The notes: generated by a model from the sequence alone, not told the origin. 64,000 nt of DNA from Octopus vulgaris (GCA_951406725.2 OX597814.1:155744001-155808000); one strand, 5' to 3'; shown: positions 39,536 through 53,963, counted from the stretch's first letter. Program-made: numbers and translations.

Positions 39536-40709
39536 TAATTTCCACTTATAAAATGCTCTTCTTCGTCGCTGTTCTACTGTTTTCTTATTCTCCTGCAGTT
39601 GCTTCTTCTTGAGAAAGAATAAATGAAAGAAAAAATTAAAGAGAAAGAAAAATGGGTGAGAACGAATGGATGAAAAAATGGTATGGAAAGTGAGGAACGC
39701 AGAAAGGAATATCTCATCTTTAACAGATTGAACAATGTAAAAATAAGCTAAAAATTAAACCACATTAGTTGTTTCACGCAGAAGTTTTACGGTTTCAATG
39801 CATGACAGAAAATCTACCTTACCAATGTTATCAACAATCACATGCAGTGGTAACTGAATTGGTGCTGTTGAAGCAAGTCACAAAACACAAGAAAAATATA
39901 ACAAAAAAGCTCTTTGGTGATAGGACAAATAATACATAAGGACAAATATTCAAATATGCGTTTATAAGCATGTTTTTATGTATTGCATGTGTGCAAGAGC
40001 ATAGCATGTGTATCCAATTGTGGGTTGAGATGGTGTATGTGATGTGCGGGTTTATAAGTCATTAGAAATCACCTGTATTTTTGCACTATAGTAAATTGAT
40101 TAAAATTCTGTTGGCAGTTAAACAAAGAAAATTAGAAATTCATGGTATATTAATTTAAAATTACATTTAATTTGTCTTAGAAAAATATCCTGTTAATTAT
40201 GTTTACTGATTCCAAACATTAAAGAAATCATAGATAATCATATCAAAATAATTTGAATGTAAATTTGCGAGTTCTCTTTCAATAATTATCATGATCTATT
40301 TACATATCTGTTGGAGGTTTGTATGGATTATATGTTGATATTCTGCGCTTCATATACATAAAAGAATAGAGGCAATTTTTACATGAGTTTATGACAAAAT
40401 ATTGAAGTATTCAATCAAAACGATGAGTTATGTGTTACATATGTATGTAATGCAAATGAGAATGTATAAACTTTGCAAACAATCTGTACTTACTCAAATT
40501 AAAAATACATATTTATATAATATCATTAGACTTTACAAATAATAATAATAATAATAATAATAATGATAATAATAATAATAATAATATTAATAATAATAAT
40601 TACTATCATCACTGATATTATTTTCCTTTTTTTTTACTATTTGTCATTGCTAATATTTCCTCTGTTCCGACATGGATCTTGGCTAAATTATTATTATTAT
40701 TACTATTAC

Positions 40710-40790
<81 letters not shown>

Positions 40791-40851
40791 CATCATCATT
40801 ATTATTATTATTATAATTACATGCATCGATGACATGCATTGCCTCTCACTC

Positions 40852-40969
<118 letters not shown>

Positions 40970-41004
40970 CATTACTACCTTAATATTATTCTCATTATTA
41001 TGTA

Positions 41005-41184
41005 CGAAATGCTTAGCGGTATTTCGTCCGTCGACACATTTTGAGTTCGAAATGCGCCCAGATCGACTTTGCCTTTCATCATTTCATATTCGATAATTTA
41101 AATACCAGTTAAACACTGGGTTCAGTGCAATCGACTTGTCTCCTTTTCTACAACTTCTGGTTCCTTGTGCCAATAGTAGAAAGG

Positions 41185-41186
<2 letters not shown>
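41005..41186 (+). mobile_element. SINE family B copy
   Basis: cgaaatgcttagcggtatttcgtc..gagttcgaaat..gactttgcctttcatc. Confidence 0.75.
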
Positions 41187-41256
<70 letters not shown>

Positions 41257-41782
41257 GAATGAGACAGCAGTGCATGCCATCAAAGTGACACCGGGTTAAA
41301 ATATACGAAGCCCAGTATACCCATTATGACTACCGGTCTGATAAGTGTACACTAGGCACATGCATCACAACCATATGTGCGCGACATGGTGATCTCATAT
41401 CAAAACAAACAGCACATGACTTTACAGGTGGGGCCCAGTCAGAATTTTCTTGTGGTCGAGTAGCACATCCTGCTCAAAAGGTCCCCGAAAAAGGATTGTT
41501 TAAGTATGTTGAACGAACTACCTATGTTTCCAAAGTTGAATTATCCAAACCTCTAAGAATTCCTTTCAATACACGGCTATGATGCTCCCCCACTACTTCT
41601 GCTTATGATCAGAGATGCACATGCCGTCAGTCACTAAGGGACATGGTCAACTGGTTAACGTCAAACAACTGTCAAGCAAATCTGTGGTATTGAGCTGTAG
41701 CCCATCATTTATACCAAGACAAAACAATATACATGATAACACTTCCAATCAGTTAAGATCAGAAGACCCATGTGAGCCACTG
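41257..41782 (-). mobile_element. ~550-bp non-coding (TAA)n-embedded repeat, copy 1
   Basis: Homologous to 50044-50532 and 50557-51106. All copies are bounded by (ATT)n. Strand is inferred. Confidence 0.75.
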
Positions 41783-41794
41783 TTATTATGGCTA

Positions 41795-41840
<46 letters not shown>

Positions 41841-41841
41841 T

Positions 41842-42375
41842 TTTTTTTTCTTCTTTCAAATTTGCTTCCATTTCTTGCCGAGTGTCTTCCCGACTCCTAG
41901 GGCAAAGAAACTCATAGTATACATTGGTAGGCCATTAAACCAAACTCAATAGTTCGTTCATTTGTTTTTTTTAAGTTAAATTAAAATACATGAGCAGCAA
42001 CAGTTCTCACATCGACAATGCTCTCTCAATACGTGTGATGTACCAGTTAAGACAATCTTTTGCACTTCTTGCAGGGATGGTAAGCCAGGGATCATTCTCA
42101 TATAATTTTCGGTTCCCTTCTTGATCATTCCTAGTGCTCCTACGATCACTGGTATTGTAACCGCCTTGAGATGCCACATTTTCTCAATTTCAATGGGTAG
42201 GTCTTTATATTTTCTGAGCTTGTCAAACTCTTTCGTTGAGATATTATGATCACAGGGGATGCTCATGTCAATCAATAAGCAAACTTTATTGTTTTGGTCT
42301 TTCACAACAATATCTGGTTTATTGGCCTTGATGGTTCGGTCTGTATGTACTGGAAAGTCCCACAGAATGGTTACA
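41842..42375 (-). mobile_element. R4/Dong LINE 3' end: restriction-like endonuclease + 3'UTR
   Basis: TILWDFPVHTDRTIKANKPDIVV..LIDMSIP..K.RKYKDL..VIVGALG..LQEVQKIVLTGT (PD-D RLE). Flanked by (ATT)n. Confidence 0.9.
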
Positions 42376-42396
42376 TTTAAAAAAAATTTTTTTTTA

Positions 42397-42450
<54 letters not shown>

Positions 42451-42491
42451 ATTAATATTATTATCATTATTATTATTATTATTATTATTAA

Positions 42492-42543
<52 letters not shown>

Positions 42544-42574
42544 ATTATTATTATTATTATTATTATTATTGTTA

Positions 42575-42630
<56 letters not shown>

Positions 42631-42699
42631 ATTGTTGTTGTTGTTGTTGTTGTTATTATTATTATTTATTTATTTATTTATTCATTTATTTATTTTCCC

Positions 42700-44365
42700 T
42701 TTATCACAGGTTTTGTCGGAGCTCCTGGAGTCTTGAATGGTTTGCGGGCTTACTACCTGCAGCCTACAGTACTATGTTATTCTTCCTTTTCAGTTATCTA
42801 ATACTTCCTTGATTATTCTGGCTGTACCAAGGAGGGAAATCTTTTGTAACAGTTCTACTGGGCACTCTATTCCAATTTCCTTTAAATTCCTTTTGATGCG
42901 TTCAGATTCTGTTACCAAGCACTCAACAATAATTGGAACTATCTTCACCTTCCTCATTTTCTATTATCTATTTATCTTTACGCCTTCCTTCTTGACTATT
43001 TGTGGGTGAAAGGAGCATGCAACGTCAAATATGTAGCATGTGTAGTGCACCTTCTCTACCACCACTAGGTTTGATCTGTAACACTCTAGCACCTGATCTG
43101 TTTTGATTGAGAAATCCCGGAGGATTTTGCTAGTCTCTACCACTCTCTGCGGTTTGTGCTTATACCACGTCTTGCCTCTCCCTCGCCCCCACGTTTCGCA
43201 CAGTTTACTATGTAGTATTTTCAGTACCGGGTCGTGTTTCCACAACATGTAGGGCATTCGCTCGTGATATATGGAATGGTTTCATCTACTGTATTGCAGA
43301 TACAGGCAAAGCAGAGGCACTTGCTCATTCATCAGCTTGACCTCCCAGTTCGTGGCCAAAGCTTGGTCCTGCGCTGCCAGTATAGTACTCTTGGTCTTCT
43401 TTTTATGTTCCTTTCATCAGCCATTCACACCTTTTTTTCCAGCATCATCTATTGTGGCTACATGGGATTAATTTTCTTTTGATATTATCTTTCTCTAAGA
43501 GTGTCACCTGAGTACAGATCCACTTACCATTTCTTCATGCTAAAGCTAAGTTAATTATCTTATGTTGTCTGCTATACTGAATATTTTCAAACATTCACTT
43601 ATCCATGAGTTTGATATCATGTCATTGGCTTACCTATATCCTATCCATGCTATTGTTAGATTTTTCTTTCTGGTTTTTACTTTATTTAGAACTGCTTTGT
43701 CTATGTATAATAGATCTTGCATTCCTTTAGCCTTCTTCCTGCAACAATTCTGTTCTTCTGGCAGCGAATTCTGGTGCTCGTAATTCTTTTTGGAAGAATT
43801 CTTTTCAACAGCTTCTACACTAATAATAAGCAAGTAATCGGGCTATATTTGCTAGCTGTTTTAACCTTGATCTTGTCTTTCATAATGAGTATTGTCTTCC
43901 CTCTAGTCATCCAGTCAGGTATTATTCCTCCATTCTGGGCACTTCCAATTTCGTATTTTCCCTAACATTTTACTCATTAATGCACTAGTTAATCTTAGAT
44001 CTGGTTGTTCCTCATTCACTATTTCTTCTCTCACTTTAACCATACTGCATATCCATTATGATTTACTGGTTTGTCCCAAATATTACCCCACAAATTTCTA
44101 GCTGCTGCATTAGGCTTCCTATTTTCAGTACTTCGTTCTCCACTATTTATTTGGTTATAAAATCTCCTGTGGTCTGTCTTAAATAATCTATTCCGTTGAT
44201 ACTGATTTATTCTTTACTGATATCTGGAGAGCTTGCCTGTTATTGCTATAATACGCTATTTCAACGCTTCTATTACTGTCCCAAATCCTTTCTCTTTGCC
44301 TAAGTATGTATTCTCAGGGGAAGATTTGTATCTCGTGTTTCCTAACTTGTTCAGTTTCCAGGCTT
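42700..44365 (-). mobile_element. Decayed R4/Dong LINE (RT + CCHC + RLE fragments)
   Basis: LPEEQNCCRKKAKGMQDLLYIDKAV..LTIAWIGY (DY-type RT motif), KHDPV..LHSKLC..WYKHKP..ILRDFSIKTD. (TAA)n at the 3' end. Confidence 0.85.
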
Positions 44366-44694
44366 AGACATTAGAGTGGTACTTCCTTAGACTTGCATCA
44401 AAGGTGAACTATGACATTGTGCGTCTTCCAGACACATAATGGTAAGGAAATTTACACATCATCCAAAGTTATAATTAACACAACGTTAAACATTTATAAA
44501 TCTTTGCTACCTCAATATTATATTTGTGTACTATACCAATTCATTTGCTAGGTAAAACATTAAATTTGCTGTGAACAGTTTAGAATAGCAGTTTGTAACG
44601 TGGGGGAAAATGTAGAAAAAAAGGAAAAGATCCGGGTGAACAAACTTAGCAAAATCACTGGTTTATAGATTTGTATGCACATGTGAGCGTGTGT

Positions 44695-44734
<40 letters not shown>

Positions 44735-45910
44735 CAGAGACAGAGACATATACAGAGAGAGTGGGGGAGAGAGAGGAAGAGAAAGAAAGGGAGAGAGAGC
44801 AAGAGAGAAGATTGTATGTGTGAATACTGTGCAGACGAGAAAGGAAAACAACATATTTGACAGTCAAAAATATCTTAACACATCGAAAATCACATAAAAA
44901 ACATGAATCATAAGATTTATAGCAACTATTGTGATATAAATTTATTTACGCAAGTTATTCTTATAGTGCTGGCTCTTATTTCTATGGATAATCTATAGAA
45001 ATAATCTTAAAATAGAATTAACAGTTCCGTTAACACACAGTTGGACAACATCTTGACTTAATACATCTATGACACTCTTAGTAGTGTACAGTGTTAGCAA
45101 CACGAAATATTGTTGCCTTCCCAGCAATTAATATATGTACACATTTCCGGGAATCTGTTTAATATGCAAATTGGTCTTTCCGATTATGTTACACCATTAA
45201 ATCTAGTGGGTATTTAAACAATGTGTTCCTTGTTCATGCATAGTTAATGCATTGGCAGTAGTGTTGATGAAGGTTAATTATTCCCGAAATATGTATATAC
45301 AGGCATTACCTACTTTTCCATCTTGGATCGCATTTTTTATATAGACATATAGATGTGTTTGTTAATAAAACTTCGTAACTTAAGTGTTGATTCTGTATTC
45401 TACAGAAAATCTATAGGGAAAAATCTTAAAACTATGAGTAAAATGTGAATAAAAGCTGATTCGTTAAGACATCTCTCACAGAGCTGATTATTCGTATTTC
45501 ATAACTATCCGCTGCTATTTCGGTTACAGAGAGAAATACTTAACTGCGAATGTGGCCTTGCAGAAAAAAACATTTCCTCAATGTAATTAACTAACATTTC
45601 CCTAAACTGTAGTACTGGATAAAACTGCAATGGGATGAGAGAAAACCGTTTATTGTAGTACATGGAATGTATCCATTTTCCAACCCAAAGGAGATTAATT
45701 GAGCCGTTAACATAACTGTATCATTCACTCAATTTATATTTTAATTTGCAGTGAATAATTATAATTATTTCCATTTATAAGAAAAAATATGGAAGTGAGT
45801 AATGTTGGTGAAATACTCCTGACGATTGCACACCACGAACTGGAGTTTCGAGACATTTGACAAATCTATATCTAATTTTGAGGAGCGACGACGGCGGTAG
45901 AAATAATCTT

Positions 45911-45947
<37 letters not shown>

Positions 45948-45952
<5 letters not shown>

Positions 45953-46580
45953 AAATTAAAATGTAACGAAGGAAATGAACACTAGGTATAAAAGCAATGA
46001 CGTTTCATGGAATCAAAGATATATACATACAAATAGATGATTTGAGGCGGAATTAAGAAGTATAAAATCATTATCATGAGTTGATATAGAAAGCCATACC
46101 GGTTTTATCATCGCTTTTCACTGACTTTGAATCAACCCCGATTTCGAATCGGTGTTCGGTCTAATAGTACCTGAGCGACAAGTGTGCATGCAAAGGAGAT
46201 AAACAGCTCTGAAAGTGATGCATTTTGGTTAATATAATTAAAAGAGTATGAATGGTATATGGGATGTATTAGGATTAGTTGAATTATTGGTATTAGGAAG
46301 GTTAGTAGTGTCCCGTACTAAGTTGTGTATTCATGTTAAGCTGTGATTAATATTTATTAATGAAAGTTACCTCTTTATTTAGGCTTTGCTGCACTGGGGT
46401 GTCCTGATAACATTGATAAAAAGGGAACATTTTATATATTGACTCACAACAATGATTTTTATACTTCTTAATTCCAACACAAATCATTTATTTGTAAGTA
46501 TATATCTTTGATTTTATTAAAAAAGAAGCCTTTACTTTTATACCTAATGTGTATTTTCTCTGTTCTTTTTTTTACGTTTC
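45948..46580. repeat. Diverged inverted repeat (~45950-46090 vs ~46430-46580), decayed inverted pLTR-like pair
   Basis: aatcaaagatatatac..gaattaagaagtataaaatcatt vs aatgatttttatacttcttaattc..gtatatatctttgatt. Next to (TA)n, with a degenerate HHR at 46090-46128 (-). Confidence 0.65.
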
Positions 46581-46693
46581 CCCTATTTATACCATTGTAG
46601 TCTTTTTCCTTCGAAACCTGTTTCTGTTATATACATACATACATACACACATACACTCATACATATATATGTGTGTGTGTGCGTGTGTGCATG

Positions 46694-46735
<42 letters not shown>

Positions 46736-46995
46736 GCATAATGATTATCAGTAAAATATTGAACTTAATCATTCTTTATGACTCGGGGTACAATCCAACT
46801 TTTATGTATAGACGCCAAATTCATATATCACCGAAAAGAAAATTGTAAAACACAAAATGTTCTATTTCATTTAATTAATAATTCAGTATTAATTATAAAG
46901 AAATATATTTGTGTGTATGGATTATGAATTATGCTTCAACATAAACCTATGTATGTATAAGCCTACAAGCATATATATATATATATATATATATT

Positions 46996-47043
<48 letters not shown>

Positions 47044-47047
47044 TATA

Positions 47048-47094
<47 letters not shown>

Positions 47095-47881
47095 GTATAT
47101 ATAAATACATATAAATATATACTTATAGATATATATGCGTGTATGTATATATATATATACTCATGCACACACACATATATGCACCCACACATATTCCTAT
47201 CAACGATTTATGCGATGTTATATTTGCTCAAATGTTTCTCGTCGTTCTTTCCGTCGCCCCTTTATCCACTTCTCATTCTTCTTGTTTACTTGAAATCATC
47301 TTTATAATAAAATTATGTCTCATTTACTTTTAATATCTATTAATCTCAATAAATATACATCCACTCATATTTGTAATTGCACGAAATCAATATCTCGGAT
47401 AATTTTGGGATGTTTTTCTCTAGAATTTGAGATGTTTCCGTTCTCTATTTGCTGTGCTTATTGGCTGGCGTTGTTTTAATGCCAGTAATTCGTCTGTATG
47501 AGTGGTATTAAAACGAAAGTTCATACGGATAACAAAGCTTCAAGTAGTTGATTGTTATTTAACGTCATTCAAGTAAACCTGTTGCGGCCAATCGTATATC
47601 GAAGTAATTTGACATTAGCTAAGATTTTGTGATTTTCACCTTAAGACACACAAAAGATTCTCAATAATATATTAATACTCATTGTTATATTGATGCTAAA
47701 CTACCAAAATTAGATTATCTTAAGCATCTTGAAACTTGCCATTTATCGGAATAAACCCAGAGTGTTTTTCGTTGACATGAAACGGAGAAAGTACTACTGA
47801 ATTTATATCTTATTTTCCTGAATTCCAATGTATATATATATATATATACATATGCATATATATGTATATATGTATGTATGC

Positions 47882-47979
<98 letters not shown>

Positions 47980-48073
47980 TATATATATATATACGTATAT
48001 ATTGTTGTATTTGGGGATGGTCATGCTGCCAGTGTAGCCAATAATATACAGACACTCAGACAAACAGACACAA

Positions 48074-48146
<73 letters not shown>

Positions 48147-48504
48147 TAGATAGATATAGATATAAACATCTATTTTTACATATACTTCAATGCCTTCATT
48201 ACTTTCAAACTGAAGGAAAGGCTTAAAGTATCATATAAGCGTCATCGTCATACTTATATTTCTGATTGCTTCTTCAATAATCAAAATCTATTCGTCGCAC
48301 CACTAAATTACGAGATACAGACAATCAGTCCTGTTTTCTAAGTGGTGTAAATTGAACAAGGACATGCGATTGTATGTGTGTGTGTGTGTGTGTGTGTGTT
48401 TGCGTATGTGTTTGTGTGTGCCTATGTATTTCGCCTCATAACCACGTATTAATATAGGCAAGTATTATTTTCTATAGAACCCTGTTATCCTGTGACTAAA
48501 GCTC

Positions 48505-48557
<53 letters not shown>

Positions 48558-48693
48558 GACAGACAGACAGACAGACAGACAGGCAGGCAGACAGATAACT
48601 GGCTAGATAGATGCACACACAGAATATGTTTGTATGTATACACATATATACAACTAAGTATACATATATTATTTTCCGAATGTGTGTGTGTAT

Positions 48694-48743
<50 letters not shown>

Positions 48744-48809
48744 GTGTGTGTAACTGTAACGTATATTCTTTCATTCTGCTACTTTTTCCAGTCATTTGTG
48801 TCCGGTCAA

Positions 48810-49060
48810 TGCATCTGACTTCAAAAAGGCATTTGACAGTGTGCATAGAGAATCCCTCTGGAAGATTGCAAAAGTGTATGGAATGTCAGGCTATTGCATC
48901 TGTCTGCTTAGCAGTTTCTACAACAAAAACAAGCTGCTGCATTGGACCAGATTTTGGACACAGGTTTTCTTAAGATCGTCATTGGGTTAAACCAAGGCTC
49001 TCTCCTGTCACCAATGTTGTTTCTGATGGTCATTGATTTTGCTATGCGAATATTAATGAC
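48810..49060 (+). mobile_element. RTE-clade RT fragment
   Basis: DFKKAFDSVHRESLWKIAKVYG..QGSLLSPMLFLMVIDFAMR. Confidence 0.8.
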
Positions 49061-49099
49061 GAGACCAGCTGTAGACATACCTTAGACAGTGAGGAACCA

Positions 49100-49965
49100 G
49101 CTAACAAACTTGAGATTATATAGAAAGTATTTTGCGTAGGATATGAGCAGTTTCCCATGAGTACTATCTTTTGAATTTCTGCCATTTTTGTGTTTCCTGG
49201 TATCTGAGTTAAGTAGCAATCATCCCCTTTTGCTATCATTCCCCGGGCACCTATGACAACAGGTATTGTTTAATACTTCATTTTGCTGATTGCTATTTCA
49301 ATATCTTTATATTTGCTCAGTTTTTGGTAGGCCTTGACAGATACGTTTATATCGATTGGGACAGTCATATCAATGAGGAGGCATGATTTTTGTCTAAAGT
49401 CTTTCAATATGATATCTGGCCTATTCGCATCTATCTTTCTGTCAGTTTGAATGGTGAAGTTCCAGAGGAGTGAGATGTGATTATTTTCAAGCACTGGAGG
49501 TGGTTTGTGTTCCCAACAGTTTTTATTATGGGGCAAGTCCAGGCTTTTGCAAATTACCCAGTGAATATATTATGCAGCTCTATCATGCCTGCTGAGATAC
49601 TCCGTAGGCGCAGAAAGACTGACCTTGGAGACAACATGATCAATGGTTTCATTTTGTTGTTGACATACACGACATGTTGGGCTACTGCCGTTTTTAATAT
49701 GTTGGCCTGGTAGTTCCTTGTAGGTAGGCATTGATCTTGAGCTGCTATAATGAACCCTTCTGTTTCAGATTTTAAGCCAGAGGCCATTAGCCATTGATGG
49801 GTCAGGGATTTGTCAACATCTGCATTATTCACTCTCTTTTGGTATTTGCCATTGAGAGGTTTTTCTTGCCATTTATCAATCAAGATCAATGCCTACCTAC
49901 AAGGAACTACCAGGCCAGCATATTAAAAACGGCAGTAGCCCAACATGTCTAAGGCAGCAGTTTTA
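49100..49965 (-). mobile_element. R4/Dong LINE 3' fragment (CCHC + RLE)
   Basis: THQWLMASGLKSETEGFIIAAQDQCLPTRNY; LLWNFTIQTDRKIDANRPDII..LLIDMTVP. (TAA)n at the 5' side. Confidence 0.9.
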
Positions 49966-49977
49966 ATAATAATAATA

Positions 49978-50043
<66 letters not shown>

Positions 50044-51106
50044 GAGTGAGAGAGCAGTTCATGCCATCAAAGTGACACTGAGCAGTTCATGCCATCAAAG
50101 TGACATCAAAGTGACACAGTTCATGCCATCAAAGTGACGAAGCCCAATATACCCATCATGACTACCCGTCTGATAAGGGTACACCAGGCAAATACATCAC
50201 AACCATATGTGCGCGACATGGTGATCTCATATCAAGATCAACAGCATATGACCTTGCAGGTGGGGCCCAGTTAGAATTTTCTTCAGGTTGAGTAGCCCAT
50301 CCCGCTCAAAAGGTCCCTGAATAAGGGTTGTTTAAGGATGTTGAAAGAACCACCCATGTTTCCAGAGGTGAATTATTCAAACCCCAACTAAGGGACATGC
50401 TCAACTGGTTAAGGTCAAACAACTGACAAGCAAATCTGTGGTATTGAGCAGAATATTTGCTGTAGCCCGTCTTTTATACCAAGACAAAACAATGTACATG
50501 ATAACACTTCCAATCAGTTAAGATCAGAAGCCATTATTATTATTATTATTATTATTGAGTGAGAGAGCAGTTCATGCCATCAAAGTGACACTGGGGTAAA
50601 ATATACGAAGCCCAATATACCCATCATGACTACCCGTCTGATAAAGGTACACCAGGCACATGCATCACAACCATATGTGCGCGACATGGTGATCTCATAT
50701 CAAGATAAACAGCACATGACCTTGCAGGTGGGGCCCAGTTAGGATTTTCTTCAGGTTGAGTAACCCATCCCGCTCAAACGGTCCCTGAATAAGGGTTGTT
50801 TAAGGATGTTGAAAGAACCACCCATGTTTCCAGAGGTGAACTATTCAAACCCCAAAGAATCCCTCTCAACACATGGCTATGATGCTCCCCCACTACTTCT
50901 GCTCGTGATCAGAGATGCACATATCGTCAGCCACTAAGGGACATGCTCAACTGGTTAAGGTCAAACAACTGACAAGCAAATCTGTGGTATTGAGCAGAAT
51001 ATTTGCTGTAGCCCATCTTTTATACCAAGACAAAACAATGTACATGATAACACTTCCAATCAGTTAAGATCAGAAACCAGGAGAGCCACTGCCTGGTACT
51101 GCATCA
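50044..51106 (-). mobile_element. Two tandem copies of the ~550-bp (TAA)n-embedded non-coding repeat
   Basis: 50044-50532 (internal micro-duplications and a deletion) and 50557-51106 (complete), separated by (ATT)n. Confidence 0.8.
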
Positions 51107-51114
51107 TATTATTA

Positions 51115-51188
<74 letters not shown>

Positions 51189-51199
51189 TCCCCTCCCCA

Positions 51200-51405
51200 C
51201 CAGGTAGCGAGATGGCAGAATTATTAGGGTGCCGGGTGGATAATGCGTAGCGACATTTCGTCTGTCTTTACGTTCTGAGTTCAAATTCCGGTGAGATTAA
51301 CATTGCCTTTCATCCTTTCGTAGTTGATAAAATTAGTACCGGTTGAACACTAGGATCGATATAATTTACTTATCCCATCACCGAAATTACTGTCCTTGTT
51401 TCTAA
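51200..51405 (+). mobile_element. SINE family B copy
   Basis: ggcagaattattag..ctttacgttctgagttcaaattcc..ttgcctttcatcctttcg. Confidence 0.75.
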
Positions 51406-51418
51406 ATTCTTCCTATTA

Positions 51419-53602
51419 CACTGGTTTACAGAGAAATTGAAGCAAACATGAAAATAGTTGTTCTAGCCTAATTTTGGGGTGCTGATTTCACATACAAGCT
51501 CAGTTTTCACTCATCACCTCTAGTTATTGAGATATATATTATTATGACTTTGCGACAATTCACAAACCAGATATATGAGCAATTTCTATTTTGTTTTCCA
51601 GATGTTTGCGATACTTATGATGCATATCTATACAATGGCGTTAGGCATTTCAAAACATCGAGTATGCATCAACAAGGCAAATTCACTCTGCTATGTGTGT
51701 GGAGATTGCACGACAGTTGCACAACGCCAAACAATTACTTCCCTCCTAAGTAATGCTTCCTTTCATTATTTTGACGGTAAAATTGGAGATCAGGACAAAT
51801 CCTGGGCCCCACACATCTGTTGTAAACCCTGTTATAATGACTTAACTACATGTTTAAACAGCAAGAAAGCAGCCTTCAACTTTGCTGTCCTAATGGTTTG
51901 GAGAGAGTCACGAAGCCATGCAGATGATTGTTATTTTTGTCTAATATATATAACTGGTTTCAATGCTTCTTCTATAAAAAAGATGCAATATCCCAACCTT
52001 CTCTCAGCTATGAAGCTATGAGACCTGTTCCCCATTCAGATGATTTCCCTGTCCCTATACCCCCAGCAAATAAGGATCCTCTTCCTTCATCAGATGAAAA
52101 AATGCCTTCAGGTGAAGATTCTGTCAAGTTGATCTCTTCTGAAGACAATTTCACTGTTTATTCAGGAGCAAGTGGCACTGAGCCGAACTGAATCACACAG
52201 GAAAACCTGGATGACCTTACTCACGATTTATATCTATCTAAGCAGCAGTCAGGTCTCCTGGCACCGGCTTAAGCAGTAGAACCTGGTGAAGGCAGTTATA
52301 AAGATCACCAGTTTCAAGACACAGAACCAGGACTTTGCTTCATTGTTCGACGTGGAGAATATGTTGTTCTACTGCACAAATATCTCTGGCTTGTTCATTC
52401 TCCTTGGTTTCCCACTCAATCTTTCAGACTTGCGTCTTTTCATAGACTTTTCCAAGCGAAACTTGAAGGCTGTGGTCCTCCACAATGGGAATAAATACCC
52501 CAGCATTCCCATTGCCTGTACAGTCCATCTGAAGGAGTCGTGTGACAATATGGAGCTCCTCTTGGAAGCTGCCAAGTACATCCAGGACCAGTGGCGTCTC
52601 TGTGGGCTCCTTATGGGTATGCAAGCATGCTTGAAAAAGTAATGTTGCTTTCTCTGTTTCTAGGACAGTCGGACTGTGTCGAAGCACTACAAGCAGGACT
52701 GGATCTAGGAGCACTTTCGTGCCTACGGAAAAGAGTGTCCAAGAAAATCTTTTGCTGGACATGAACAAGCTGCTTCTTCCTCTTCTTCACATCAAGCTTG
52801 GTTTAATGAAGAATTTCGTGAAGACCATGGACAAAAATTGCACTACTTTCCAACTCTTGGGCACTCAGTTCTCCCCTCTGAGTTCTGCTAAGCTCAACGA
52901 GGGCAAATTCGTCGGACCTCAGATTCGAGGGTTGCTGAAGGATAAGTACTTTGAGGATATTCTTACCTTAAAGGAACTGAGAGCATGGGTATCATTTAAG
53001 TCAGTCAGCCATGGCTTCCTTGGTAAAACACGGGCACTAGATTGCGAAGAGCGCATCGAATTCTTAGTCTTAAGAGGATATGGGATTCCGAATGTCACAC
53101 AAACTTCTCCTTCTTCGCTCCCACCTCAACTTTCCTCCGAAGCTCGGAGCAGTGAGTGATTGAACATGGAGAAGGTTCCTCCAATATATTATTAAGATGT
53201 AGAGAAATTACCAAGGCAAATAGAAGCCCAGCATGATGGGTTACATTTACTGGATGCTCTTGCGTAACAGGCGGGAGGCAAAGTACACAAGATCGTCCAA
53301 AATCCTCACTTCTAACTGTGTGCTGTACTATGATTTGTGTGTATTGTATTATCCAAATAATTAGTTCCATCAATGTTCTGTAGCTATGCTGTTTTTTTTT
53401 TCTGTAATATGCCTTTATAAAAAATGAAATAAACACATATTTTGAATTTATACGCAGTATAATTAAAATGGGAAATGTGAAAACAAAAGAACTAGAGGTG
53501 AAGAGCAAAACTGCTCAGAAAATTGAATTCGCCACATCAAAATTTGTAAAAAACACATATTCACATCCTTTCCTGAAAGCAAAAAAAAAATGCAAACCTG
53601 TG
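51419..53602 (+). mobile_element. Near full-length decayed DNA transposon (Tc1/mariner-associated m44-like family)
   Basis: CYVCG..GDQDKSWAPHICC..MVWRE..DDCYFC, LRLFIDFSKRNLKAVVLHNGNKYPSIP, LLHIKLGLMKNFVK. Ends ta|cactggtttaca and tgcaaacctgtg|tta; inner IR tcacctctagtt / aactagaggtga. Family name is from memory. Confidence 0.8.
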
Positions 53603-53727
53603 TTATTGTTATTTGAATCTCATTAAAATTCTTTTATTTTACTCTTCAAACATCACTTGAATCATTAAATTTGTAAAGTGGGGATATTAAAACATATTTG
53701 AACCCAATGTTTCAAAATGATTGCTCA

Positions 53728-53891
53728 GGTGCAGGAGTGGCTGTGTGGTAAGTAGCTTGCCTACCAACCACATGGTTCCGGGTTCAGACTCACTGCGTCG
53801 CACCTTGGGCAAGTGTCTTCTACTATAGTCTCGGGCTACCCAAGCCCTGTGAGTGGATTTGGTAGATGGAAACTGAAAGAAGCCCGTTGTA

Positions 53892-53928
<37 letters not shown>

Positions 53929-53963
53929 GTGTGTATATATATATGTATATGTGTGTATATGTG

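Noticed and set aside
45816-45846. actc-CTGACGA...GAAC-TG-gagt HHR-like motif
   Set aside because: GAAA and the UH site are both broken and stem II is poor.
50900-50980. HDV-like ribozyme on the minus strand of the TAA element
   Set aside because: P1/P3-like pairings can be drawn, but P2 and J4/2 do not fit convincingly by hand.
53728-53800. tRNA gene
   Set aside because: The A/B-box-like head belongs to a multicopy SINE; no full cloverleaf.
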